From: Lama glama
Lineage: Eukaryota
Assembly (NCBI GenBank): GCA_028534125.1
Contig: CM052817.1
Coordinates: 36,396,001-36,460,000 of the forward strand
Length of the DNA stretch: 64,000 bases
Reading direction: 5' to 3'
Made by a program: the position numbers and the translations under genes. Under the pieces are notes generated by a model that saw only the letters and a list, made by a program, of their open reading frames with translations, was not told where the DNA came from and made no database searches. Positions within the stretch are counted from its first letter, which is position 1. Every line of letters starts with the position of its first letter. Below are positions 38,801 through 52,300 of the stretch, piece after piece.

Positions 38801-40329
38801 AGAATGAACTGATTACTCTGAGATACAAAGATCCTGAAAACACACCATTCCTGCCAATCAGATAACAGAGGAAGGCAGGGCAAAGGAAGCGAAGAATGTA
38901 AATTAGAAATTACAACTTGCAGTGGTCCAAGTACTCAATAAATCTCTGTTAAATAAATAAATGATGAATGAATGAATACATCAATGACTTCTTCAAACTA
39001 AGAGATGGTAGAAGAGAATCATGGTTAAAATCCAAATGTCTTCCACAAAACCAAGTGGAAATTACTTTACAAAATAGAAAAATTCTGTAACAACCTATGG
39101 AGTTGTTTATGACGGATTTTTTGTTCAGAGACAACAAAATTCTCAAATTAAAATGACTAAGTCAAAACATTTCATTTTAAGTACTCACCAGCATTTTAAA
39201 TAAATGTAAAATCTCATGTAAATATTACCTTTTCTTTAAGAAACTTGCAGTCAGACAAGCAGGAGATGAAAATATCACTCTAATTTCACTGCAAAAGTAA
39301 TAAGATAGGTGTAAGTCACAGCATACTAAAAGCTTGTCCCCTTTATCTTACTGAATGTATAACGGGTGATGTGGAGTCCTAATTAATGAAAATAACTACT
39401 CCCTTAAGAGTCTTCCAAATTCTGGGTATACCTTGTGCATGTTACTGCTCACTCTCACTAAAACTCTTCACAGTTGGTTTGATCAAGACATCTGGATTTA
39501 AGTAAAACCCATCCTTCTGAAAACAGAAACTTCTGGAGCTCCAGAGAATAAACTATGAAGCTCTAATAACAGTCACCTTAGTGAAGGCTGTGTAGGACAA
39601 AGCATTTTTGATTCACTCCTGCCTCTCCCTCACCTATCAAAGTGCCTGGGATACTGTACATCCTCAATAAATCTCTGTTAAATAAATAAATGATGAATGA
39701 ATGAATACATCAATGACTTCTTCAAACTAAGAGATGGTAGAAGAGAATCATGGTTAAAATGCAAATGCCTTCGTAATAAAACCAAACCCTCTTTCTTATG
39801 TCTAGGATAAAATACCAAGCCTTTCAGAATCAAATAAAAATGGTTTCTAATTTATCAGACAGAGCCACCTCTTAGCCACTTCATATTCTGTACTTCCTCT
39901 TGCCACTGCCTTCCATTTTTCTATCAGGGACTGGTTAATTCGGCTTATTTCTGGCAGGATTTTCCTGGAAACACTGGTGGACCTAGTATCCTTCTAGGAA
40001 GAAAGAAAAAAAACAGGTCAGTATAGCAGGTAAAGGGGGTGGGAAGGGATAAACTGGGAATTCAAAAATTGCACCCCTTGGGGAGTGATAGAAATGTTAT
40101 CTATCTTGACTGTGGTGGTGGTTTCATGGGTGTATACATCTATCAAAATTCATCAAATTGTATATCCGAAATATGTGTAGTTTACTGTGCAGGAACCATA
40201 CCACAATAAAGATGTTTAAAGAAAAAAAAAAGATACATGCACTCCAATGTTCATAGCAGCATTATTTACAATAGCCAAGACCTGGAAGTGTCTATCGACA
40301 GAGGACTGAATAAAGATGTGGTATATCTG

Positions 40330-40360
<31 letters not shown>

Positions 40361-43300
40361 GTACAATGGAATACTACTCAGCCATACAAAAAGAATAAAA
40401 TAATGCCATTTGCAGCAACATGGATGGACCTAAAGATTATTGTACTAAGCGAAGTAAGTCAAAGAAAGACAAGTATCATATGATATCACTTATATGTGGA
40501 ATCTAAAAAATAACACAATGAACTTATTTATAAAACAGAAACAGACTCACAGACATAGAAAACAAACTTATGATTACCAAAGGGGAAAGGGGTAGGGATA
40601 AACTAGGAGTTTGGGATTAGCAGATACTGACTACTATTCAGCTTACTTCTACTAAGAACTACTATATACAGAACAGATAAACAATCAGGTCCTACTGTAC
40701 AGCACAGGGAACTGTATTCAATACCTTGTAATAGCCTATAATGAAAAAGAATATATATATATATGTGTGTATAATTGAATCACTATGCTGTACACCAGAA
40801 ACTAACACATTGTTAATCAACTATACTTCAATTAAAAAAAAAAGAATAATCAGGAAAACACACATACACTAAGTAATAAATAAGACAGCCAGAGGTGTCA
40901 AAAATCAATGTCTGGAAAGAAAAGTTTGTCTCTGATATAGTCTTCCAAAGACATCAGTGTTCTGCTCCGTATTATACCTCTGCCTCCGATGAACTTGTAA
41001 TGAATCAGGAAATTCTGCATCACTTTTGTTTAATGCTTAAATAAAGACCTCTTGGAAAAGATGTGTAACCATGACTCCCTAAGTTCCCTTCACCTTCTTG
41101 ATCTGAGTCCTGGATGTCCCCTGGAGTTCAATCAGGAGGAAGCTGTTTTCCCTCCGACATCCCAGGAACCTCAGGACAATGAGTGCTCCCTGTTAGCATT
41201 TCCATGCCATTTCTTCTACTTTCTTCTTCAGAATCCAGTCTCCTCTGAAGTGCATGACATCAGACTATATCGTCTTCCTCCCCTTCTTCTATAACCGCTT
41301 CCCAAAGACGTAGTCACTGCGCTTCAGTTGTTGAAAACGTCAGCACCTTGCTGACTGTCTTCCTCAGCACAACCATGCCTGTCGCCATTCTTCCCGTCAT
41401 TCTTGGCAAATTCAAAGTTAGTAAACACGATCTATTTCCCACCTTGATCTCTCAATTCTTGATCTTACCTCCTCTCTTTTCCCTGCTCCACCTCAGCCAC
41501 CCATATCCCGGATCAGGGTTTCTAAACTGATGCAATTGACAGTTTGTGTCAGGTAATTCTTTGCGGTGAGGGGCTGGCTGTCTTGCGCATTGTGGGACGT
41601 TAGCAGCATTCCTAGCCACTAGATGGCAGTAGCAGTCACCCTAACACACATGCCCCCCCCCTCAGTTATGACAACCTAAAATGACCTCAGACAGTGCCAA
41701 ATGTTTCCTGAGGGGCAAAATCACTTCTAGTTGAAAACTGCTGCCCCAGATACAGGTGACATTCTGTACTTTATAGTCATCAATAACTGTTCCATCTTCT
41801 GTATTGGAAACATTCTCCTCTCTGATCGTCATACACTATCCTAATTCACTTACTTCAGAGTGGGACTCCAGTCTAACTTCTATGATGCTGGAATGAATTA
41901 AGACTTTGGGGCTATTGGGATGGGATATATTTTGCACGCAAGAAGGATGTGAATTGGGGGAGGCAGTGAAAGAACGTTGTGGACTGAGTGTTTCTGCCCC
42001 GCCGGAAATTCATACATTGGAATCCTAAGCTCCAATGTGATGGCCTTAGGAGGTGGCGTCTTTGGGAGGCAACTGGGTCATGAGGGTGGAGCCCTCATGA
42101 ATGGGACTAGAGCCCTTATAACAGATCACGGAGAACTCTTTCTGCCACGTGAGGATCCACTGAGAAGACAGCCATCTATAAACCAGAAAGCAGACCCTCA
42201 CCAGACATCAAAAGTGCCAGAATCTTAATCCTGGACTTCCCAGCCTCCAAAACTGTGAGAAATAGATTTCTGTTTATAAACCACCCAATCAATGATGTTT
42301 TGTTACAGCAGCCTGAACAGACTAAGGCATTTACTTTAGAGTAGAGCCCATTTTAACATTATTTGAGGCTACTGGGCTCTCCAATCCACTGACTCTATGG
42401 TTTGTTCATTATCCATCACCCTTCTCACGTTTTTCTTACCCAGCTCAGATTCTATGGTTAGCACTTTAATCATCCTTTGCAAATACCTCCAAGTCTTCTG
42501 TCCCTTTTCTGTTGTACTTACCTAGAAAAAGCCCATCTGTAGTTAAACTCAACTCTGGATTATCCAAAGGAATCCAAGCAACTCAACATCAATGGAGAAA
42601 AACAAACAACTGTGCTGAGTGATTTCACCTTAAATCTACTACCACAGATTTCACATGGGCACTCTACACTGTCTAGTAATCTCCCATGATGTGCGCTTTC
42701 TCACTCTGAGACACTCCTGCACACCTTCCTTTTATTCCTAAACCTGTAGCGGTCCTCCACTTCATTAAGTCTCAGATGAGGACCATGCTTTGCGCAACAC
42801 TGAGAAAACTGAAGCAACTGGGCAGGAACTAATCACCTTCCCACCAGCAACCTACCCTCATCTCCGCTGTTCCTCCTCAGAATGGCATAAAAACTGCCCA
42901 AAGCCCTACATTCTGCCCTGAACCCTGCTTCCTCCATCCTATTCTGGGACGTGACCTCTGCAATTACTCAGTCTTTCTCACGCTTCAACACTTTCTCCTA
43001 CGGAACTGGATCATTCTCCCTGGCGAACAAACAGACCTTACTACCACTTCCCTAAACAACCACGAAACCCTCCCACTGCCCTCTACTCCCTTTCGCAACA
43101 AAACTTCTCAGAACCATCACAGTCTTTGTTTCCACTTATCCCCATCTATTCTCTGCCCATCCCACTCAGTCCGCTTTCATCCTCTGTTCCTGGGACGACT
43201 GAGTCTTGACAAAGCAAAAACAAATTCTGTGCTCATCTTCCTTGACCTCTTAGCAGTATGTCACAGGTTTGGCACTTCCTCCTTCTCGAAATACTTTCTT

Positions 43301-46300
43301 CTCTTGTCTGGATGGGCCACCCTTTCCTGGTTTTCCTCTGCCTCAGAAACTGGTCGTGCTCAGTTCTTCCAGGTCCTCCTCACTGCCTGACCTCTAAATG
43401 GAGAAGTCCCTCAGGGCTGGACTCCTTCTCTTCTCATTTCTACTCTCCATGTGAGCTTTTATCCAGGCCACGACTTTAAACACCATCTAGAGTTTAATAA
43501 CTCTGTTTATATTCCAGTGCTAGCATCCTCCCTGAGACCCAGATTTGGACATCCAACCAAGGCTCTGGGTCTCCTCTCCAAGGACATTTCGAACTGACCC
43601 GTCTCACACACCGGACCCCACCTCACACAGCTCTTCATCCTCTCCTGCTGTGCTCTGCCTGACGGGCTTCCTTTCTGCCCCTCGCACATGCTAAACTTCT
43701 TGCCCCAGGGCCTTTCTGTGAGCAATACCTTCTACCTGGAACGCTCTCTGGATCTAAGTTTGGCTACGATCTCTGCTCACATGTCACAGGCTCTGCAAGG
43801 CCTTCCCTAGCTGACATTTCTAAAGAAGCCCACCCCACCAGTCTCAAAGGTCTTATTTTCTTTAGAGGACTTCTCACTCTCTAACACAACTGTATTTACT
43901 TTGCATTTAAGTGTTTCTTGTCTGTCCTTCCCTGTGGAATCCAAAGGCCATGAATGAGGACAACCCTGTTTGTATTATTCACTTTACCCCAAGCCCCCAG
44001 AACACAGCCTCAGGCACGAGGCCTTTGTCGACTGGCGGACTGAGTGGCTGTAACAGAGCAACTACGCGCAACCTGCTGACCATCCCCAGCAGCACAGAAA
44101 CCTTTACCTCTGACCATTTTCTGTCCCAAGGTATACAGTAAGAGTCTATATGGACGTCAAGTTTTAAACATTCCCAATAATAGAAAAAAGTACAAATTAT
44201 GAAAATAACTACGTATACTTTTGTCTCCAAACATTTCAGAACTCGCTGCGAAGAAGAAGAATAAAATTCTCTCCGCTGACAAGTAGGAGGGCACCACGGC
44301 ACGGTGGGTAACAGTGTACGCTTTGGAGCTGAGCTGCTTGAGTTTGAGCCCAGCTCTGCCACTTCTCGGCGGTGTAACTGAATAAGTCCACCTCTCTGAG
44401 ACTCAGTTGTTTCCATGTGTAAAATGCGGGGGATAATGCCAACTGGAGCTGACAGGAGGACTAAATGGGTTGACCCACTTGGAGTACTTTGATCGCTGAC
44501 TCATGGGTGACTACAAATCATATCGGTCATTGGTACTATCACAGTTAGTATCTGGTAGGAAGCCAAATGGAGAAGTGAGAATTACATCATATTTTTTAAG
44601 AAATATTCAAAAAGAGGATCTTTTGAATATGTACAAGTGATACAATGTTTCGAATACTGCTGAAAAAATAATTTTTAAAAGAAACAAGAGAGTGTGATAG
44701 ATACCTGGTAAGTTGTCACAAAGTCGGCATATGTTCCAGCAAAAATGTGTTTGACTTGAACATCCACAAGGTCTAGAAGAAAGTCATAAATCCATGCTTA
44801 TTTAAAAAAAAAATCTTTTATTGTAAATCTAAAACTGCTCTAAAAAATAGTCTTTTAAAAAAAATCTAATGTATTACCAAGCCAAATTTACTTACTTATT
44901 GGCAATGGATTTTGACTACAAACAGCATAAAAGATTAATTTTTATCTGATTACTTGTATATTCACTCAGCTTAACATTTAATTTTTCATGCACTTGCATA
45001 ATGAAACCAGGCTGTCATGCTTTACAATAGGTTTGACTAAATATTTTATAATATACTGTTCTGATGCTTAAGTAACTGGTTTGGGGTCTTCTTTTGTAAT
45101 GCCTTAATCTTTAGAAAAGATTACCAAATACTCCAGGAAGCACTGCATAAGAAAAAAATGCATATAATACAAATGGAAAATAACAGTACTAAGAGAACCA
45201 CAGTTCTATGTGCTCCTTTGAAAGGAAACTGAATAATATTTCTCCTCTAGTGGCATGGATTAACACAAAATCACGAATTGGTGGGACCATTCATACCATC
45301 AGCAGAAATCAGGCAGCTAATGTCAAAGTTCTCTGCCGGAGTCCCTGGACGAGGCGAGCTGCTTGTGCAACTTGGTCCACGACCAAAAGACACCACCTGG
45401 CCAGTGGTGTAGACATACGCAAGGGTGTGATAACTGTGGAAGAGAGAGTATAGTATAATGAAGACTCAATATGAGTCAGGTTTTCTGAGAAAGATGATGT
45501 CTCAACAGAAAATGACAAATTTATCTTATATTAATTAACCAGGTCCTGCATCACAATGTCAGGGTGGGAGGATACTAAATCATGTGGCTAAACAAATGGT
45601 AGGTGAATATTAACTTATTACTAACCTTAAAGGCAAAATACTATTGATGTGTCTTTATAATGCTTTCTACCATTTGTGTTTTAGCTTGATTTGTTTGTTT
45701 TGTCTTTTTCTTTCTTTTTTTTTTTTTTGGCGGGGGTGGGGTGGATAATTAGGTTTTATTTATTTATTTATTTTATTGGAGGTACTGGGGATTGAACCCA
45801 GGACCTCTTGCATGCTAAGCGTGCGCTCTACCACTGAGCTATACTCTCCCCCTCATTTGTGTTTTAAATGTAAGCTTTTTTTGTTTGAATTGGGTAGGTA
45901 ACATTTAAAGTGCCCTCATAATTTAGGTTACACAGAACTCTGAAAACACATGCAAATATGCATCATCTTCTACTCGTATGAGATTACTCTGATTTTGTCT
46001 GATCAACACAAGTATGCAAGCACCACTATTTTTTCTTATAAACCAACTCCCCTGCCCCCCAGCACCTAGTAAAGTGGCCCATACACAGTAGATTTCCAAT
46101 AAATTCTTATTAAATAATGAAATGTCTAGGATAAAGAAGAACAAATAGAAAAGTTAAACTATATTTGTAAGAAGGAAAGGAAAATGATGTATAAAAAGAA
46201 TAATCACGTATTTTAGGGTCCTAAGATTTGATAACACTCCACATGAGTCATTTCTAACCAATAAAATATGACACTTTTCTACTCATGCTTAAAAACAGAA

Positions 46301-49300
46301 CCAAACCGTTTACCTTCCACAGTCTATCTGTGAAACTAGGCCTTCAATTCTTTCCACCAGTTGCGGCCCTCGCTTCTCAGCAGTGGGGCTGTGTCCCAGC
46401 TGTCCGTAGCTGTTGTCTCCAAACGTGAACACTTTCCCATCCTGTTGAAAAAAGGAGGGATCAGACTCATGTCCGGTTAAAAAAAAAGTAACTAAAACCC
46501 AAAGGATTAAGCATCATAAGAGAGTTACATGAGAGCACTGTGGGAAATAAAAGCTCCATACAAAGAGAAGGGGTCCTACATTTATTATTTCTAATAGTGA
46601 ACGAAGAGTTAACACATCAAACTTGAAAAAAATCACTGGCATTCCCTTAAGAACTAGGCACTTAATACGTGTCTGTAGAATGAATGGATGGACAAATTAA
46701 CTGGTTCAAGGGTAACACTAACATTTAAGCATAGGGTTGCTTTATTTATTTGAGCATTTTTCTGAAAATAAATCTCCTTTTCAAAAGATGATTCTAGACG
46801 AGAACAATTCTAGATCTCTCCTGCCAACTAAGAATAGTATAATCCAAACATGCTTTTAAAACAAATAACACAAATTATTTTAGATATTTAGTTTTTAAAT
46901 AAACATTTCAACCACACAGACTTCAAGTCTACTCGTTACAGTTATGGAGGGAATCCATCCCATTGGGATGTATCATATGGCCAGCGCAAGGAGAGGGAAA
47001 AACATTCAGGAGCTGACTCATAACTGCGCTAAGCAAGAAGTGGAACAAAGAATGTTCCAGTCTGCAGTGTGGGCCACTGAAACCTGTAAAGATTGCTTGG
47101 TTGCTTTTATAATATTTTTCATGTGTAGAACTACATTACAAATGAGTAACTGCTAAAAGGATTATCTCCTGTATTTCTAATTTAGTAAGTATCTAAAGGT
47201 ATTTCCTAAAACTGAAATTAGCTTTTGCTATATAGGATCTTAACATCTTCATGGTTTATATTTGGTTAACTTCTCTTCAGAGATCTGTATACTGAATGGA
47301 TATGTTGAGATATCGATACACATACTGCTTTCCACAATAATCAGTCCATGCGCCTTGTGGTAACATTGCTCTGGGATTTAAAAAAATACCAAGACGTTGT
47401 GGATTACCTGGGTAAGCACTGCAGTGTGCTCATAACCACAGCTGATATAAGTCACACCGAGACTCTTCAGTGCTCCCACTGAACGAGGCCTGTAGCTTTG
47501 TGCTGTTGAAAGAAAGCAAAATCTCTAGCATGTAAGAAACAGACTCAGATTTCGTGGTTTTCTATCTTTGAAGATTTTTATCATCCTGTAATTCATTAAC
47601 ATAAGTTAAAAAGTGAACAATCAGAAGTATTATAAAACAGAGGGAAAGCCCTGCTTTTGGAAAAGAAAAAAAAAAGCAGTCCTTCAGCATTTATTTCTGA
47701 AAGCTGTTTAACCTTCTGAAATGACTAAGGCTATTGGCCTAGAAAGCTAAGCTTTAAGACCTTCCTTCCCAATAATATTTCCATTATGTTGTATTCATTT
47801 CTATCACATAATAAATGTTCTGCGAATATGCAAAAATAGTGGAAAAATTAAGAGGACTTATTTACATTGATAATGTTATAATACTTTTTTTTACATTTTT
47901 TATTGAGTAATAGTTATTTTACAATATTGTGTCAAATTCTAGTGTAGAGCACAATTTTTCAGTCATACATGAACATACATATATTCATTGTCACTTTTTT
48001 TTTTCGCTATGAGCCACCACAAGATCTTGTATATCTTCCCCTGTGCTATTTATTTACATTGATAATGTTAAATGCAATGAGATGTAAGAGCTCAGCCTGG
48101 TACTGGCACATAACAGGCACTAAATATATGTGAGCCATATGTGAAGAACTGAACAGAGGCATTCATGGGGAAGACTTCACAGGGAGTTTTGTTGAAAGGT
48201 TGCCAGAGGAACTGATTGTTTCCCCTCCTGCTAGCAGTCTTCTAAAATAGTGGTTCCCCAACTTGGCTGTACATTGGAATCCCCTGTGGGGTCTTTAGTG
48301 GTGACTGGTGCCTGCATCTCCAGACATTCTGATTTAATTGGTCTGGGGTCCAACCTGGGCATTGGGATTTTTAAACATTCTTAAAGTGGACAGAATAATG
48401 GCGTTCCAAATGGCCCATGTTCTTTTCCCAGAGCCCGTGAACATGTTAGGCTATGTAGCAAAGGGGCAACAAGGAAGCAGATAGAATTAAGGTTGCTAAT
48501 CAGTTGACTTTAGCCTGGATTATCCAGGTAGGCCCAAGGTAGTCACAAGGGTCCTTTAACTGAGGAAAAAGGAGGCAGAAGAGTCAACGTCAGAGTAATG
48601 TGACTTGAAGAAGACTTAACCAGCCACTGCTCGCTTTAGAGAAGAAAGGGAGCTATGAGTCAAGAATGAGGGTGCTTCTAGAAGCTGGCAAAGGCAAGAA
48701 AATAGTCCACCCCCCTCCAGCCTCCAGAAAGGAAAGCAGCCCTGCGGACACTTTGATCTTTAACCTAGTGAGACCTACATTAGACTTCTCACCATCAGAA
48801 CTAGGAGATAATAAATTTACGTTGTTTTAAACCACTAAGTTTGTGGTCATTTGCTAAAGCGGGAATCAAAGTTAATATAGCTCCCAAGGTGATTCTAATG
48901 TGTCACAAAGTTTGAGAACCACTGTTTAAACCTTTGAGAGTACCCTCTGCAGAGCTGGTCTTCCAACTAGAAAGAAAGCATGACAGACTACAAGTCCAAG
49001 ACTATCTCGTTACCTGGGACTTTACTCCTGCGGAGGGCGAGCTGCCCTGCACTGTTGCTTCCCCAGCCAAATGAAGTCCCAGAGAGAGACAGGGCAAAGC
49101 TGTGGGCCCCTCCTGCAGCCACCTGCGCCAGCGGGATCCCCTCCAGGGACCTCACCCTCTGCGGGCTAGCTTGGGAGGGGAACTCCGATCCCAGGCCCAG
49201 CTGCCCATCGATGTTCTTTCCCCATGAAAACACTTGACCATCTACAAAAAACAAGGAAGACAAATTCAGAATAGCAAACACACTGGAATGCCAAATTCAA

Positions 49301-52300
49301 GGAGAAACTACCACCCTAATTCTAAAGGTCTTTAAAGAATAAAACAGTGATAAAGGAAGTTAAAATATTCTCATTAAAGGCAAGAGGATGGTCAAGGTTA
49401 CCTTTAAAAGTCCCTTCTTCTCCACACTTCTTCTCCCTCTCAGCTAAGGGTCACCATGATCTTTCAGCTGCTCAGGCCAAAAATCTTGGAGCCAACGTTG
49501 ACTCTTCTCTTTCTTTTACACCCTTCAACCCAGCAAATACTAGAGCCTTTCTCTTCAAAATCTATCTGGGATCTAACCACTTCTCACCTCCCTACTGTTC
49601 CCACCTTAGTTCCCTGGTTGCCATCACTTCTCTCCTGGAAAATTTTAACAGCACCTCACTGGGCTCCCAGATTCCATCTTTGCTCCCAGCAAAGCTCTTT
49701 CTTCTCCAAAGAGCAGCCAGAGTGCTCTTTGAAAAATATAAGTCAGATGGAACCCTTAGGAGCTTGCATTGCCAATAAAAGGCCTCTTCTCACAACAGGT
49801 CAGAAGCCTCACGTCACCAGTATCCCCACAACCACTCCTCAGACCTTATCTCCCCTGGCTCCTTCTCCAGATCCCTCTGCTGCTCCTGAGCATCCTGCTG
49901 GGCATGGCCGTGCATCTGGATCATTCTTCTCTGGACCACAGGCTCAGCACCATGTCTCTCTCTCTCTCCTTTCCTTTCGGTCTCTGTTCACATCGCCTCT
50001 CTGTTCCTCACTTCTCTCCACGCCCTTACCCGTTATTCCTCACAGCTACTTGGCTGTGTGTTTAAGGCGCACTTCCCCTACATCCCCCCAGAATATAAGC
50101 TCCATGAAACTAGGGTCCTGGGTTTATTCACTGCTATCTCCTCTTTGCTGGAAACACTGTAAGTATTCAATAAATACTCTGGGGAGGGAAAAAACCAACA
50201 ATACTTTACGTTGAATTTGACCAGAGATGGATAATTTACATGAGGTCAAAAATCAAGCTCTTCTAATGATTAATTATTTTTTTAAGGGGGAGAAAGTAAT
50301 CAGGTTTATTTATTTATTTGTTTATTTATTTATTTATTTATTTATTTTTTAATGGCAGTCCTGGGGATTGAACCCAGGACCTCATGCATGCTAGGCATGC
50401 ACTCTCCCACTAAGTTATACCCTCCTCCCCCTCTAATGCTTAATTATTTACCCAGAGAAATGCCAGCACATCTCAGACTTCTATGTTATTATACCTAAGT
50501 TTTCTTTTAACTCTAAATGCATCAAAATGAACCCCAAAGCATTAAAAATCAACATGTACCATTAGTACTCAAAAAATCACTTCCTAATGACACTTAGGAG
50601 ATCCAAGAAGCCATTTTTACCTTCTGATAATGCCAGGGAGTGGTAGTGTCCACAGGAAACTTGTATAATTTTTATACCAGTCAGAGTTTTTATCTTCCTA
50701 TAATAAAAATGATACAAACTCTATTAATCCTTCTTTACAGTTAGTCACCAATATGGTCAAAACTATCCCACGTGTATAGGGGAAATTTTTTATTTTCTTG
50801 TATTTCTGCAATACAATTATTCCAAAGCCTTCAAACTGTCTTTAACATGACATCAACATGTACAAAGGTACAGGGCAGAACCCAAAGCAATATATAATGC
50901 AAAAGTGATTTTTATTAGACTTGTAATGCATTCTATAATGTACTAACTTTTACCCTATCCTTATCAGCCTAAAAAAAGAGAAATTTCTTCATACACATAC
51001 AGCACAGGGCTTTAGAATTTATAGAGCACTGTCACCTGCATCACCTAACCTGAGCCCTGTGAGATAAAGAAACCATTAAAGAAACCATTAGGTTGATTCC
51101 CATTAAATTGCCATTTTTGTGCATCAAAAACATAACTATCAGCAATTTCACATGGTTGAACCTAGGAGAACTCAAAGTGGTCAATTGGTATCAGGCTGTA
51201 GAACTAGACTCAAATCTCAGTCTTTTCATCCCAAGTTCAATGCTCTTTCCTCCAAGCCACAGTGATCTCTTATACAATTTAATGGCCAGGGAAAGTAACG
51301 AGAGATAACTTCCTACTATTAAAAAAACATGCTTTTGAAAATTCCCAATGTATATAATCCATGAACACACAATTCAGACTGCCTGTTATATAATTTGGCC
51401 TAAGAAGCTGTGTGTGAGGATATGATTTTCCCCCGGATTTTACTAAGTAAAGTATTAGGATCCAGCAGCTTATGACAAGGCAAAAGGTTATGTTGGGAGG
51501 AAAACCTTTCTTCTTCCAACTTGTGTCCAATGACTGGGGACCTGCAAATTAACTGACAATAGACTAACAGGAAAAAAGACAAAAGTTTATTTATACGTAC
51601 GGATGGACACTCCAAGGAATGGAAAATTTGTGCCATAGCCTGAGTAAAGATTTATATATATCAACTGAGGAAAAGGAGTGGGGATTTAGGGTTTCAGTGG
51701 AAGCATATGGAAGTTTTTTTTTGGCGTTTTTTTTTTTTTAACTTTTTTTTATTGAGTTATAGTCATTTTACAATGTTGTATCAAATTCCAGTGTAGAGTA
51801 CAATTTTTCAGTTATACATGAACATACATATATTAATTGTCACATTTTTTTTTCGCTGTGAGCTACCGCAAGAACTTGTATATATTTCTCTGTGCTATAC
51901 AGTATAATCTTGTTTATTTGTTCTGCATATGCCTGTCAGTATCTACAAATTTTAAACTCCCAGTCTGTCCCTTCCCACCTCTAATGGGCTTTTTTGATGC
52001 TGATTGTGCAGCCTGTCTTCACAACAGCTGAATTTATAGGAAACTCCCTCCAAAGAGGATTAACAGTAGATGTATTTTCAGGAGGCTTTGTTTTGGTCAG
52101 ATAAGAGGTCTTGGTGCATCTTCTGAAACTCAAATATTTTCACTTTAAAATAATCTTTACACCACCAAGTGGGCCCACGGTTATTTCCAGTACATAAGAG
52201 TAAGATCAAAGGGTCACAAGTTCTCACTTCAACCTGTCCTTCTCCTTCACAGGACTCCAATTAACTAATAATTAGTGTTACATGTTTTTTCCAGCCTCCT

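Noticed and set aside
49347..50214. 143-aa and 252-aa + strand ORFs
   Set aside because: They lie within an L2 remnant antisense in intron 3 and show no recognisable protein.
2105..50431. tRNA-like sequences as tRNA genes
   Set aside because: They have A-rich tails, TSDs and degenerate acceptor stems, so they are SINEs.
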